DNA from: Chloroflexota bacterium
GTDB taxonomy: Bacteria; Chloroflexota; Dehalococcoidia; UBA2979
Direction: 5' to 3'
Assembly (NCBI GenBank): GCA_027593235.1
Contig: JAQCIU010000009.1
Coordinates: 44,239-108,238 of the forward strand
Length of the DNA stretch: 64,000 bases
The position numbers and the translations under genes were made by a program. The notes under the pieces were generated by a model. That model saw only the letters and a program-made list of their open reading frames with translations, was not told where the DNA came from and did not search any database. Shown here in pieces: positions 37,590-47,001 of this stretch. Numbering within the stretch: position 1 is the stretch's first letter; each line of letters starts with the position of its first letter.

Positions 37590-38318
37590 ATGCCCCGTGA
37601 ACGCCACATCGATCTCGAACGCGCTGGCGCAACCATCCCCGCCCTCCTCTGGCTCCCCGAGGGTGGCGCACCGCCCTACCCGCTCGTGCTCGCCGGCCAC
37701 GGCGGCGGCGGCCACAAGACCGACGCCTTCATCGCCGGCCTCCGCGATCGCCTGCTCCCGGCCGGCGTCGCCGTCGCCGCCATCGACGCCGTCGCCATCG
37801 ACGCCGTCGGTCACGGCGACCGTGTCGAGGCCGCACCAACCCCCGAGGACGTCGTCCGCGTGATCGCCCTCGCCGCTAGCTACGACGCCATGACCGCCGA
37901 CTGGATCGCCACCCTCGACGCCCTGCTCGCCACCGGCGACTTCCAGTCCGCCGCCGTCGGCTACGCCGGCCTCTCCGGTGGCTGCCTCTTCGGCCTGCCT
38001 TTCATCGCCGCCGACCAGCGCATCGCCGCCGCCGTCCTCGGCGCCTGCGGGTACGAGGGCGCCCCGCTCCTCGACGCGGCCCCGGCGACGTTCGCGCCGA
38101 TCCTCCGCGCGGCAGCGCAGCGGTACGACCGTCCGGCGTTCTTCGTGCTCCAGGAACAGGACGATTTCTTCCCACCGACCGGCGGGCGCGCGCTCTTCGC
38201 GGATCTCGCGAGCGCGGACAGGGAACTACTCGCGTCGCCCGGCACCCACACACAGGTACCCGTCAGCGCCGTCGATCGAATGACAGATTGGCTCGTCGCG
38301 CGGCTTGTCGCCGGCTGA
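37590..38318 (+). CDS. alpha/beta hydrolase (dienelactone hydrolase-like)
   Basis: GHGGGGHK, IDA.GHGDR, GLSGG, PGTH; contains a 15-bp duplication. Confidence 0.85.
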   Translation: MPRERHIDLERAGATIPALLWLPEGGAPPYPLVLAGHGGGGHKTDAFIAGLRDRLLPAGVAVAAIDAVAIDAVGHGDRVEAAPTPEDVVRVIALAASYDAMTADWIATLDALLATGDFQSAAVGYAGLSGGCLFGLPFIAADQRIAAAVLGACGYEGAPLLDAAPATFAPILRAAAQRYDRPAFFVLQEQDDFFPPTGGRALFADLASADRELLASPGTHTQVPVSAVDRMTDWLVARLVAG

Positions 38319-38326
38319 CCCCGAAC

Positions 38327-38839
38327 TCAGGCGACGCGGACGAGTGCTGACTGGCTCAGCCGCCGTACCTCGTCCGTCGCCTTCGCGATCGTGAACGTCA
38401 GGTACAGCATCGACTGCACGCTGTACTCATTGATTGGCGGCTCGCCCTCGGCTGCCAGATCGCGGCCCGCCACATCCCGCAGTGTGATCCCGCGGTACAC
38501 CCCGTCCTCGCCCCGGTCCCACGAGGCGTAGACATACCGGTTCCGCCAGGACAACGCGTCCTCCGCGTCTTCCTTCACCAGCTCCGCCACGGCTTCCAGC
38601 ACCGCGTCGCGGAACTTCCGGTACGCGCCCTCTTCCGCCAACCGCCGCACCTCAAGCACCAGCGGCCGCGCCGTCAGACCATGCAGCCGCCCTGGCGGCC
38701 CCGCCAGGTTGCGCACGCCCGTAAACGCGAGCGCCAGCAGCGCTCGCTCCAGGCGCGCGGACTCAATAACCAGGCGCCCGATCTGCTCGGCAACCTGGCT
38801 CAGCGCGGGATCCATCGGGCGCGTTTTCCAGTCGTCCAT
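38327..38839 (-). CDS. hypothetical protein
   Basis: 170-aa helical ORF; IG.L.I..A.LE...RN..(Y)A.W loosely resembles HEPN-like proteins. Confidence 0.55.
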   Translation of the reverse strand: MDDWKTRPMDPALSQVAEQIGRLVIESARLERALLALAFTGVRNLAGPPGRLHGLTARPLVLEVRRLAEEGAYRKFRDAVLEAVAELVKEDAEDALSWRNRYVYASWDRGEDGVYRGITLRDVAGRDLAAEGEPPINEYSVQSMLYLTFTIAKATDEVRRLSQSALVRVA

Positions 38840-38920
38840 GCAACGACTATCGACGTGATTTGGCGCCCCGCGAGCGGCCCAGCCTGCCGATCGTCCCCGC
38901 TCTTTCGATACCCTCGAGGT

Positions 38921-39221
38921 ATGTCCAGCGACAGAGAGCCCCGGATCGGCGCGGTCGCGCTCGGCGTCGTCGTTCAGGACGGCCACCTGCTCCTCGAGCC
39001 GATGGCGAAGTGGCTCAACGTCGGCCTCGTCTGGCGCCCGATCGGCGGCTATATCAACTTCGGCGAGCGCGCCGCCGAAGCCGTCGTCCGCGAATTCCGC
39101 GAAGAACTCGCGCGCGACGTCGAGGTCATCCGCCTCATCGAGGTCTACGAGAACCTCGTCACCTTCCCCCTCTCCAGCGGCCCGCTCGAGGTCCACGAAA
39201 CGTCGTTCATCCACGAACTGC
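38921..39221 (+). pseudogene. NUDIX hydrolase, 5' part (IS30-interrupted)
   Basis: Nudix box GGYINFGE...AVVREFREEL; stops at IS end. Confidence 0.85.
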
Positions 39222-40446
39222 TGCGGACTCAAGCGGTCAACGCAACAGCCTCGGCGAACTTCTCTGATGGTGTGTGGAAGCCGAGCGTCTGTCGAGGACG
39301 TCCGTTCAGCTCATCGGCAACCGCATCGAGCTGCTCCTGCGTGACATTCGCGAGGCTGGTGCCCTTCGGGAAGTACTGACGGAGCAGCCCGTTGGTGTTC
39401 TCGTTCGAGCCCCGCTGACAGGGACTGCTCGGATCGCAGACGTAGATCTGCAGCCCGGTGTCGAGCGTGAACCTGGCGTGCTGCGCCATCTCCTTGCCCT
39501 GATCCCAGGTCAGCGAGCGCACTAGCTGTTCCGGGATCGTCGCGATCCGGTCCTTCAGCGCGTCGAACACCGCCTCGGAAGTGCGCCCGTTCGGCAGCCG
39601 TACCAGCACCGCGAAACGAGTGCTGCGCTCGACCAGCGTCGCGATTGCTGAGTTCCCTTTCCCGAGCAGCAAGTCGCCCTCCCAGTGACCGGGTACCGCC
39701 CGGTCCTCGGCTTCGGCCGGACGCTCGCTGATGTGCACCGCGTCGCGCAGCTGGCCCTGCCCGTTCACCGCGTGCGGCGTCCGCGGACTGCGCACCTTCC
39801 GCCGCGAGCGCAGGTACTGCGTGAGCTGCTTGCGCAGCGTGCCGCGGGGCTGGATGAACATCGAGAGGTAGATCGTCTCGTGCGACACGCGGAACTCCCG
39901 GTCGCGGCAGGCGTGGGCCAGCCAGCCAGCGATCTGCTGCGGCGACCAGCGTAATTGCAGCAACGCTTCGACCGCGTGCCGCAGCTGAGGGAAGCTCCCG
40001 AGCTTGGTCGCCTTCGGTCTGCGCGCGCGCTTGAACGCGGTCCGCTCGGCCTCGCAGGCGCGGTATTGGCCACGCCCGCCGTTGCGGGCCACCTCGCGGG
40101 AGACCGTCGATGGAGCCCGCCTCAACCGTCTGGCGATCTGCCGGCAGGAGTCGCCGGCGACCAGTCCCCGCGAGATCTCTTCACGCTCAGCCGGCGAGAG
40201 TCGTAGCTCGGACCGCCGCAACTCCCGCGGCTGTCGTCCGCCGGTCGAGGCGATCAGCCGTCGCAGCATTCCCATGTCGCGTCTCACGCCGCGACTGATC
40301 GATCGCAGCGACTCCCCGACACCGTACCGCCGCCAGATCTCCGTCTGCTCTCGTTGGCTCAGCCCACCACGTCTCATCGGTCACCCTCCTCGTCACGAAC
40401 ATCCTGTTCGTTCGACGAGGTGGTGCGTTGATCAGTTGAGACCACC
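39222..40446 (-). mobile_element. IS30 family insertion sequence
   Basis: 26-bp imperfect terminal IRs (39222-39247 and 40421-40446, 19/26 match); 2-bp GC target duplication (39220-21 and 40447-48). Confidence 0.9.
39229..40377 (-). CDS. IS30 family transposase
   Basis: HTH STVSREVARN, WSPQQI, SHETIY, GHWEGD, TWDQGKE, QRGSNENTNGLLRQYFPKG. Confidence 0.96.
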   Translation of the reverse strand: MRRGGLSQREQTEIWRRYGVGESLRSISRGVRRDMGMLRRLIASTGGRQPRELRRSELRLSPAEREEISRGLVAGDSCRQIARRLRRAPSTVSREVARNGGRGQYRACEAERTAFKRARRPKATKLGSFPQLRHAVEALLQLRWSPQQIAGWLAHACRDREFRVSHETIYLSMFIQPRGTLRKQLTQYLRSRRKVRSPRTPHAVNGQGQLRDAVHISERPAEAEDRAVPGHWEGDLLLGKGNSAIATLVERSTRFAVLVRLPNGRTSEAVFDALKDRIATIPEQLVRSLTWDQGKEMAQHARFTLDTGLQIYVCDPSSPCQRGSNENTNGLLRQYFPKGTSLANVTQEQLDAVADELNGRPRQTLGFHTPSEKFAEAVALTA

Positions 40447-40448
40447 GC

Positions 40449-40627
40449 GCTTCGTACCATCCAATCGCCCCACCGACCTCGAACCACTCCCCTCGTTCGA
40501 ACAAGACGCCGCACCGGGCAACGCCCACTCGTTCGCTCACTGGCTCCCAATCGACGAACTACGCGCGGGCGTGCACCCCGTCTTCCCACCGTCACTCGTC
40601 ACCATGCTCACGCCGCTGTTCGGGTAA
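40449..40627 (+). pseudogene. NUDIX hydrolase, 3' part
   Basis: Removing the IS and one GC copy gives in-frame HEL-RFVP...AHWLPIDEL...PVFPP.L; 159 aa reconstructed. Confidence 0.8.
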
Positions 40628-40682
40628 CCGCGTCCTGTCGCTACTATCAGCGCACACAGCGCGCGAACTCCGAGGCGGCACA

Positions 40683-41651
40683 GTGAACATCTTGATCATG
40701 ACCAGCGTCACGATGATGGACGTCGATGACGCCATCCTTGATCGCGTCCGCGATGCCGCCGGCCACGACGCCGAAATCGCCGTCACCACCAGCCCCGGCG
40801 AAGCCCTCGAGGCCGCCGCCGACGCCGAGGTCATCTTCGGGCGTATCGACGAGCAGCTCTTCCAGCACGCCACCAAGCTCCGCTGGGTCCACGCCAGCAC
40901 CGCCGGCGCGGACGCCTACCTCTTCCCCGCCTTCAAGGAGAGCGACGTCCTGCTCTCCGGCGACAAAGGCCTCGTCGGCAGCCACCTCGCCGAAACCGCC
41001 TTCGGCCTCCTCCTCGCCCTCACCCGGCGCATCGATCACGCCCTCCTCGCCGGCCCGGCCTCCTGGGATCACCGCGTCGACTACCGCCGTCAGGAGTTCG
41101 AACTCGAAGGCCTCACCATGGGCATCGTTGGCTTCGGCGGCACCGGTCGCCACATCGCGAAGCGCGCCGCCGCCTTCGGCATGCACTGCATCGCCGTCGA
41201 CCGCGATCCCGTCCCACCCACCGCCGAGGTACCCACCGTCTGGGGATCGGATCGCCTCGATGAGCTGCTCGCCACCTCTGATGTCGTCGCCTCCGGCCTG
41301 CCGCTGACCGAGGACACCCGTGACCTCTTCGACGCTCGCGCCTTCGCCCTCATGAAACCCACCTCCATCCTCGTCAACGTCACCCGCGGCGAAGTCGTCG
41401 ATGGCATGGCCCTCGTTCAGGCGATCGAAGACGGCCAGATCTACGGCGCCGCGCTGGACGTCGCCCCCCAGGAACCACTCCCCGCCGCCCACCCGTTGTG
41501 GACCACGAAGAACGTCGTCATGACCCCGCACACCGCCGGTGCCAGCCAGCTCCGCGTCGGCCGTAACCTCGATCGCTTCTGTCGAAACCTCACCCGATTC
41601 CGCGCCGGTGAACCGTTGGAAGGCGCCATCGACAAAGAACTTGGATACTAG
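40683..41651 (+). CDS. D-2-hydroxyacid dehydrogenase
   Basis: GFGGTG, LVNVTRG, ALDV..EPLP, TPHTAG. Confidence 0.93.
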   Translation: MNILIMTSVTMMDVDDAILDRVRDAAGHDAEIAVTTSPGEALEAAADAEVIFGRIDEQLFQHATKLRWVHASTAGADAYLFPAFKESDVLLSGDKGLVGSHLAETAFGLLLALTRRIDHALLAGPASWDHRVDYRRQEFELEGLTMGIVGFGGTGRHIAKRAAAFGMHCIAVDRDPVPPTAEVPTVWGSDRLDELLATSDVVASGLPLTEDTRDLFDARAFALMKPTSILVNVTRGEVVDGMALVQAIEDGQIYGAALDVAPQEPLPAAHPLWTTKNVVMTPHTAGASQLRVGRNLDRFCRNLTRFRAGEPLEGAIDKELGY

Positions 41652-41681
41652 GAGCGGACATCGACGCCTTGAGGAGCCTCC

Positions 41682-41870
41682 ATGAGCAATGAATCCCCCA
41701 TCACCATCAGCGCCTTCGACGAGCGTTGGTGGGCCGGCATGCTCGCCCGCCGCCGTATCGCCCACCAGCTCGAAGAGGGTGAAAGCGGCGACTGCAGCTA
41801 CCCGGACTGCGCGTGGCACGGCGTCACCCCCGGCGAGGCCAATGCACCATCGCCCGCATCGCCACCCTGA
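41682..41870 (+). CDS. small His/Cys motif protein, paralog A (homology continues past TGA to TAG 41946-48)
   Basis: RBS GAGGAG; 20/40 ungapped identity with 50522..50833. Confidence 0.7.
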   Translation: MSNESPITISAFDERWWAGMLARRRIAHQLEEGESGDCSYPDCAWHGVTPGEANAPSPASPP

Positions 41871-42009
41871 CGCTCGACCTCTGCGAGTCATCTCGCGGCG
41901 CTCCAGGTTGGAGACGCCACCCCCTTCATCCCCGAGGACTACACATAGGGGCCACCCGGCCCCGCTGAACCGCCCGCTGCTCCCCGACCCTTCCCCCACG
42001 AGGTGACCC

Positions 42010-42561
42010 ATGGCTCGGCTGCCGAACCTGCTCAACCGCGCCGAGGTCCCCGCCGAACTGGTCGACGCGTACGACCGCGTCGCCGCGCTGCGCAACGGCG
42101 CGGTCTCCGGCCCCTACGGCATCCTGCTGCACAGCCCGGAACTGGCCGAGCGCGTCGCCGCCCTCGGTGAGTTCGTCCGCTGGAACTCCGCCCTCACCCC
42201 CGTGCAGAGCGAAACCGCCATCATCACCGCCGCCCGCTACTGGAACGCCGACCTGATGTGGGGCGCCCACGTTCGCATCGGCCGCGAAGCCGGTATCCGC
42301 GAAGAAGTGATCGCCGCCGTCGGCACCCGCGCCGCCCTCGACGGACTCGCCCCGGGCGAAGCCGCGATCGTCCAGTACGTCCGCGAACTGCTCGAAACGC
42401 ACCGCGTGCAATCCGCGACCTTCGAGGCCCTGCGCGACGCCGTCGGCGAGCGCGGTGTCGTCGATCTGACCGGCCTCGTCGGCTACTACGCGGTCGTCGG
42501 CTTCACCCTCAACGGCTTCGAGGTCGAGCCACCGGCTGGTTCGGAACCCCTGCCGGCATAG
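42010..42561 (+). CDS. carboxymuconolactone decarboxylase family protein
   Basis: GPY..LLHSPELA, E.AII..AR, W.AH, DLTGLVGYY; paralog of 23694. Confidence 0.88.
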   Translation: MARLPNLLNRAEVPAELVDAYDRVAALRNGAVSGPYGILLHSPELAERVAALGEFVRWNSALTPVQSETAIITAARYWNADLMWGAHVRIGREAGIREEVIAAVGTRAALDGLAPGEAAIVQYVRELLETHRVQSATFEALRDAVGERGVVDLTGLVGYYAVVGFTLNGFEVEPPAGSEPLPA

Positions 42562-42623
42562 CCGATCGCTCCGCGGTACGCCGCCGGCCGGCGACCGCAC
42601 GTTCCGCAGCGAGAGGACGCCCG

Positions 42624-43703
42624 ATGGCCGACTTCCCGACCGTGCTCGACGAGATCACGCCTGCCTTCTTGAGCGAAGTCCTCGGCAGTGATGTCTCCGC
42701 CGTCACCGGGTCGCTGGTCGCCGCGCAGGGCGCCGTCTCGACCGCCGCGCGCCTCCAGCTCACCTACGCGCCCGGCGCCGCCGGCCCGCCCGCCGTCTTC
42801 GCCAAGTGGTCCGCACCCATCGAGGCCGTTCGTCGCATGGCCGCCCAGAACGGCATGTATCGACGCGAAATCCGCTTCTACAAAGACCTCGCCGCCACCT
42901 CGGACATCCAGACCCCGCACTGCCACTTCGCCGGCTGGGACCGCACCACCGACGAGTTCCTGCTGATCCTGGAGGACATGAGCGCCAGCCGTGTCGGCAA
43001 CTTCTACGCATCCGCGCTCGCTGACGTCACCGCCGTCGTCGTGGCGCTGCCGCCATTCCACGCCCGCTGGTGGAACCATCCAGACCTCGCAAAGCTGCGC
43101 TGGCTCTTCCCGCTCGACCATCCCGCGGCGTCGGGCGGCCTCCAGGCTGCGTTCACCGCATCGCTCGATCGCACACGCACGCGCTTCCCCGACCAGTTCG
43201 ACGGCGCACTCGGCGCCGTCTCCGCCGCAATCGTCGACCGATATCCCGCGATCGCCGGTCGCTTCGCCGCGCGCCCCGTCACCCTCACCCACGCCGATCT
43301 CCACCTTCAGCAGGTGTTCTTCCCCGGCGCCGAAGGCGGTCACTTCGCCGTCTTCGACTGGCAGACGATCGGACGCGGCTTCGGCGGTCAGGATCTCGCC
43401 CGCATCATCGCGATGAGCCTCACCACCGACGCCCGCCGCGAGCACGAACGCGCGCTCGTTGCCCGCTACCACCAGGGCCTGCTCGCCGCTGGGGTCCGCG
43501 AATACGATCTCGCCGCCTGCTGGGACGACTACCGGCTCGGCATGATCTGGAGCGCGCTCCTCAACGTCGTCGCCGGTGCCTCGATCGATCGTGCCGCCAT
43601 GGACGCTGACGCCGCCGCGTACGGAACCACGCTCGGCGCGACCTTCTTCGGTCGCATCGACGCCGCGCTCGCCGATCTCGATGTGGTCGCGCTGCTGCCC
43701 TAG
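42624..43703 (+). CDS. phosphotransferase (APH/ecdysteroid-kinase-like)
   Basis: REIRFY, LILED, HADLH, FDWQ, DLA. Confidence 0.85.
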   Translation: MADFPTVLDEITPAFLSEVLGSDVSAVTGSLVAAQGAVSTAARLQLTYAPGAAGPPAVFAKWSAPIEAVRRMAAQNGMYRREIRFYKDLAATSDIQTPHCHFAGWDRTTDEFLLILEDMSASRVGNFYASALADVTAVVVALPPFHARWWNHPDLAKLRWLFPLDHPAASGGLQAAFTASLDRTRTRFPDQFDGALGAVSAAIVDRYPAIAGRFAARPVTLTHADLHLQQVFFPGAEGGHFAVFDWQTIGRGFGGQDLARIIAMSLTTDARREHERALVARYHQGLLAAGVREYDLAACWDDYRLGMIWSALLNVVAGASIDRAAMDADAAAYGTTLGATFFGRIDAALADLDVVALLP

Positions 43704-43746
43704 CGCATGCGTCGCCCCGTGATCCTCCGCGCCGTATCATCACGCG

Positions 43747-43977
43747 ATGGTCGACCGTCGCGGCAGACTCGAATCCGATCCGTTCGCCTTTACCGTCACC
43801 CGCGATCAGCTCGTACGCATCTCCCGCGCGGGCAAACACGTCACCACACTCGGTGCGAACGCCTCGGCGCGGTTCCTCGCCGCCGTCGAAGACACTGAAG
43901 AGCCGGCGCGCCAACAGTTGATGGCGCGCGCGACCGGCAACTACAAGCGCGGAAACGAGCGTCGAGGGCGTCCGTAG
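43747..43977 (+). CDS. small hypothetical protein
   Basis: Q.LMAR.TGNYKRGNER C-terminal motif; TATCAT-6nt-ATG. Confidence 0.7.
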   Translation: MVDRRGRLESDPFAFTVTRDQLVRISRAGKHVTTLGANASARFLAAVEDTEEPARQQLMARATGNYKRGNERRGRP

Positions 43978-44025
43978 CACGCACGATCAGCGCACCTGAA
44001 CTACCCGCGCGATGACGGTATCGGA

Positions 44026-44958
44026 TCAGGCCTCGGGTGCGATGCCCCGTGCCTCGATCTGTGCGCGAACCGCCTGGCCGATCCGTGACGGATCCAGCTC
44101 CTGGATCCGTGGTCCGTCGTCCCGCCGGTACGGCGCGTAGGGGTCAGCGTCGAAGAAGTCAGAGTCGTAACTGGCCACCCACCAGACGTTGAACGCGATG
44201 CTCGCCGTCATGATCGCCGCGCTCGCCACCGCAAGCCACCAGTACCGCGGCCCGACCACCAGCGGTTCCGGCCGCCGATTGGGGAGTTGCTCCTGCAACG
44301 GCTCCGCTCGAACCACGACGGTCCCGGCCAGCTTGTCGTGCCATGTCTGATTGCGATCGTCCCAGAGCGCCCACAGGAACCCCAGGCCAAAGAACAGGAC
44401 GCTGAACGTCCGCATCGAGTAGCGGATCAATCCGTGCACCACCCCCGGACGTCGCCCGTCCAGCCGCACGACCCGGATGCTGCTCGCGGCTTTCCCCGGC
44501 GACCAGCCGAAGGAGTCAAGACTCCACTGCACCAGCAGCATCAGCATCGTGATCACCGCGGTCGCCACCGCAAACCCACGTCCGGATCCAACCTCCGCGG
44601 CGTTCTCACCGTCGGGACCCGCCGACGCCACCAGGCCGACGATCAGTACGATCATCACCACGTAGATCGCTGCGATCAGCGTGACCCAATCGAGGACCAG
44701 CGCCCCCAGCCGCTTCCCGAACCCGGCCAACGGGAGCTGCACACCGCCAACGTCGGCGAACTTCGTGCCGTACGGGTAGGTCCGAACCCCGCTGCTCGCT
44801 GGGATGGCGCCGCCTGACACGACCTGCGTCGCCGGCGTTGCACCGCTCACCGCGTAGCCGCAGCGCGCGCAGAACCGCGCATCCACGGGAAGTTCCCCGC
44901 CGCATTTCAGACAGAAATACCAGGAGCGCGCTGATGTCATCGTCTGTATGGTCGACAC
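44026..44958 (-). CDS. zinc-ribbon plus RDD family protein
   Basis: CLKC/CARC, KRLGALVLD, SPGK, QTWHDKLAGTVV; start could be 44940. Confidence 0.85.
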   Translation of the reverse strand: MSTIQTMTSARSWYFCLKCGGELPVDARFCARCGYAVSGATPATQVVSGGAIPASSGVRTYPYGTKFADVGGVQLPLAGFGKRLGALVLDWVTLIAAIYVVMIVLIVGLVASAGPDGENAAEVGSGRGFAVATAVITMLMLLVQWSLDSFGWSPGKAASSIRVVRLDGRRPGVVHGLIRYSMRTFSVLFFGLGFLWALWDDRNQTWHDKLAGTVVVRAEPLQEQLPNRRPEPLVVGPRYWWLAVASAAIMTASIAFNVWWVASYDSDFFDADPYAPYRRDDGPRIQELDPSRIGQAVRAQIEARGIAPEA

Positions 44959-45009
44959 TCTGACCAGATTCTTTCATCCGCGCAATCGGAACCGGGCTGG
45001 GACTGACGT

Positions 45010-45678
45010 ATGGACTTCGCCGGCCTACAGTTACTCGGCTTCGCATTCGTGATCCTTGGCGGCCTCACTGGGCTGATCTGGGGCCTCACCACCAGCGGTT
45101 CGCACTTCCCGACAGCACACCTCGATCAGCAGTTCGGCATCACCACCGCCACACCGGCACGGCGCCTCACCGCCAGCGTGCTGGAGGTGGCACTGTTCGT
45201 CTGCACCTTCGCTATTGGCTGGGTGATCTGGTTCCTGATCGTCGCGCCACGTGGTCAGACCCCGGCCAAGGTGCTGCTATCGACCTACGTGATGCGCGAG
45301 GATGGCAGCCGTGCCGGCGGCTGGTACATGTGGGGCCGCGAGGCCTTGGTGAAGTGGCTGCTCTTCTCATTCCTGAACACCTTCACCTTTGGCGTCGCTT
45401 CCACCCTCGCCGCGCTCTGGTGTCTCTGGGATGACGACAAGCAGTGCGGCTGGGACAAGGTGATGTCCTCGTACGTCGCCTACTCTCCACACGACCCACC
45501 GTCCCGCCGCACGGATATCGCGGCGGATCCCGGTCCCGGCGCCACCGCTGGCCCGCCCACCATCGCGGAAACGCGCCCATCCGATCGGCTACGCGAACTA
45601 CAGCAACTGCGCGCCGACGGCATCATCACCGCCGAAGAGTACGAGGAACGTCGGCAGCGCCTGATCGATCAGCCGTAG
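45010..45678 (+). CDS. RDD family protein with C-terminal SHOCT domain
   Basis: RRLTA, GQTPAK, Q.GWDK; LRELQQLRADGIITAEEYE. Confidence 0.85.
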   Translation: MDFAGLQLLGFAFVILGGLTGLIWGLTTSGSHFPTAHLDQQFGITTATPARRLTASVLEVALFVCTFAIGWVIWFLIVAPRGQTPAKVLLSTYVMREDGSRAGGWYMWGREALVKWLLFSFLNTFTFGVASTLAALWCLWDDDKQCGWDKVMSSYVAYSPHDPPSRRTDIAADPGPGATAGPPTIAETRPSDRLRELQQLRADGIITAEEYEERRQRLIDQP

Positions 45679-45767
45679 TCGCCACACGCGGGTTGCGACC
45701 TCTGGCGGGCGCAGAGCGGCGCGCGGCGTGGTGCGGGTGGTACCGGCGCGGCAGGACGCCGCGCCCC

Positions 45768-46964
45768 TCAGTTGGCCGCCGCTGGCACACCGTCAGCCAG
45801 CGCCTGCTCCACGCCCCGCGCGGCCCGCTCGATGTCGTCCTCGTTGTTGAACACGTGCAGCGACAATCGCGTCGCATCCCGCTCCCGCACCACCCGGCAG
45901 ACCACGTGGTGCTCCGACTGGAGCCAGGGCCCAAGGTCGGCGGCCGGCACCCCCGCCGTGGTGAAACAGAACAACCCCGTGCGCGCTTCCTCCGTGCGTG
46001 GGCTGTCGATCGCCACGCCCTCGATCCCGCTGAAACGCGCCTCCGCGAATCGGCTCAGCTCACGCACGCGATCGAACACAGCCTGCGGCCCGGAGACCAG
46101 GTAGCTCTCCACCGCCTGCACAGCGCCCGCCACCAGCACCGGCGGCACCGCCGCCAGCTCGTACTTCCCGGGGACATCCCCCTTCGGCGCGAAGCCGCCC
46201 TGATGATCCCACTGCTCCGCGTAGCTCACGTCGACGATCGATGGCGTGACCCGCGGCAGCGCCTCCGCGCTCACGTAGAGCGCGCCGATCCCGCGCGGCC
46301 CGCCCAGCCACTTCTGCGCCGGGATCGCGTATGCGTCCACGCCCAGCGCGTGCACGTCGATCGGGATGTGACCGCCCGTCTGCGCGCCGTCGATCACCAC
46401 CAGCGCCCCAACACGGTGCGCCGCCTCCGTGATCGTCCGCACCGGCAGCAACTGCCCCGTCGCGTACGCCACCTCGGAGATCATCACCACCGACGTCCGC
46501 TCGTTGATCGCCGAGGCAAAGCGCTCGAGGATCGCGCCGTGCGAATCGTCCGGTGCCACCGCGACGAAATCCACCTCGATCTGGCTCAACTGACCCGCGT
46601 GGTAGAGCGGCACGACGCCCGATCCATGCTCCAGTGAGCTCGTCACGATCCGGTCGCCGGCGCTCAATGCCAGCCCCGCCAGCACCGTGCTCACACCCAC
46701 GCCGGTGCTCGCCGTGATCGCCACCTCCTGTGGCTCGGCGCCCAGCACCTGCGCGAAACCGGCGCGCAACCGCTCACGCTCCTCGCGTGCCTTGTCCATC
46801 GCGACCCGCGTCGTCGTCCCGTGCTCCAACTCGAAGTCGAGCTGCGCCCGGATCGCGTCCGTCATCGCCCGCGACGGCGGCGGCGCGAAGCCGGTGTTCA
46901 GATACGTGTAATGCTCCAGCGCCGGGATATCCGCCCGCAACGCAGCCCAGCGCTCAGCCGTCAT
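45768..46964 (-). CDS. aminotransferase class V PLP enzyme (cysteine lyase/epimerase-like)
   Basis: YLNTG, EH.S, IDGAQTGGH, QKWLGGP, RLSLH.FN. Confidence 0.9.
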   Translation of the reverse strand: MTAERWAALRADIPALEHYTYLNTGFAPPPSRAMTDAIRAQLDFELEHGTTTRVAMDKAREERERLRAGFAQVLGAEPQEVAITASTGVGVSTVLAGLALSAGDRIVTSSLEHGSGVVPLYHAGQLSQIEVDFVAVAPDDSHGAILERFASAINERTSVVMISEVAYATGQLLPVRTITEAAHRVGALVVIDGAQTGGHIPIDVHALGVDAYAIPAQKWLGGPRGIGALYVSAEALPRVTPSIVDVSYAEQWDHQGGFAPKGDVPGKYELAAVPPVLVAGAVQAVESYLVSGPQAVFDRVRELSRFAEARFSGIEGVAIDSPRTEEARTGLFCFTTAGVPAADLGPWLQSEHHVVCRVVRERDATRLSLHVFNNEDDIERAARGVEQALADGVPAAAN

Positions 46965-47001
46965 CGCATCCCCTCACCCACTCGCTGGCTCGAGCCTCGC
47001 G

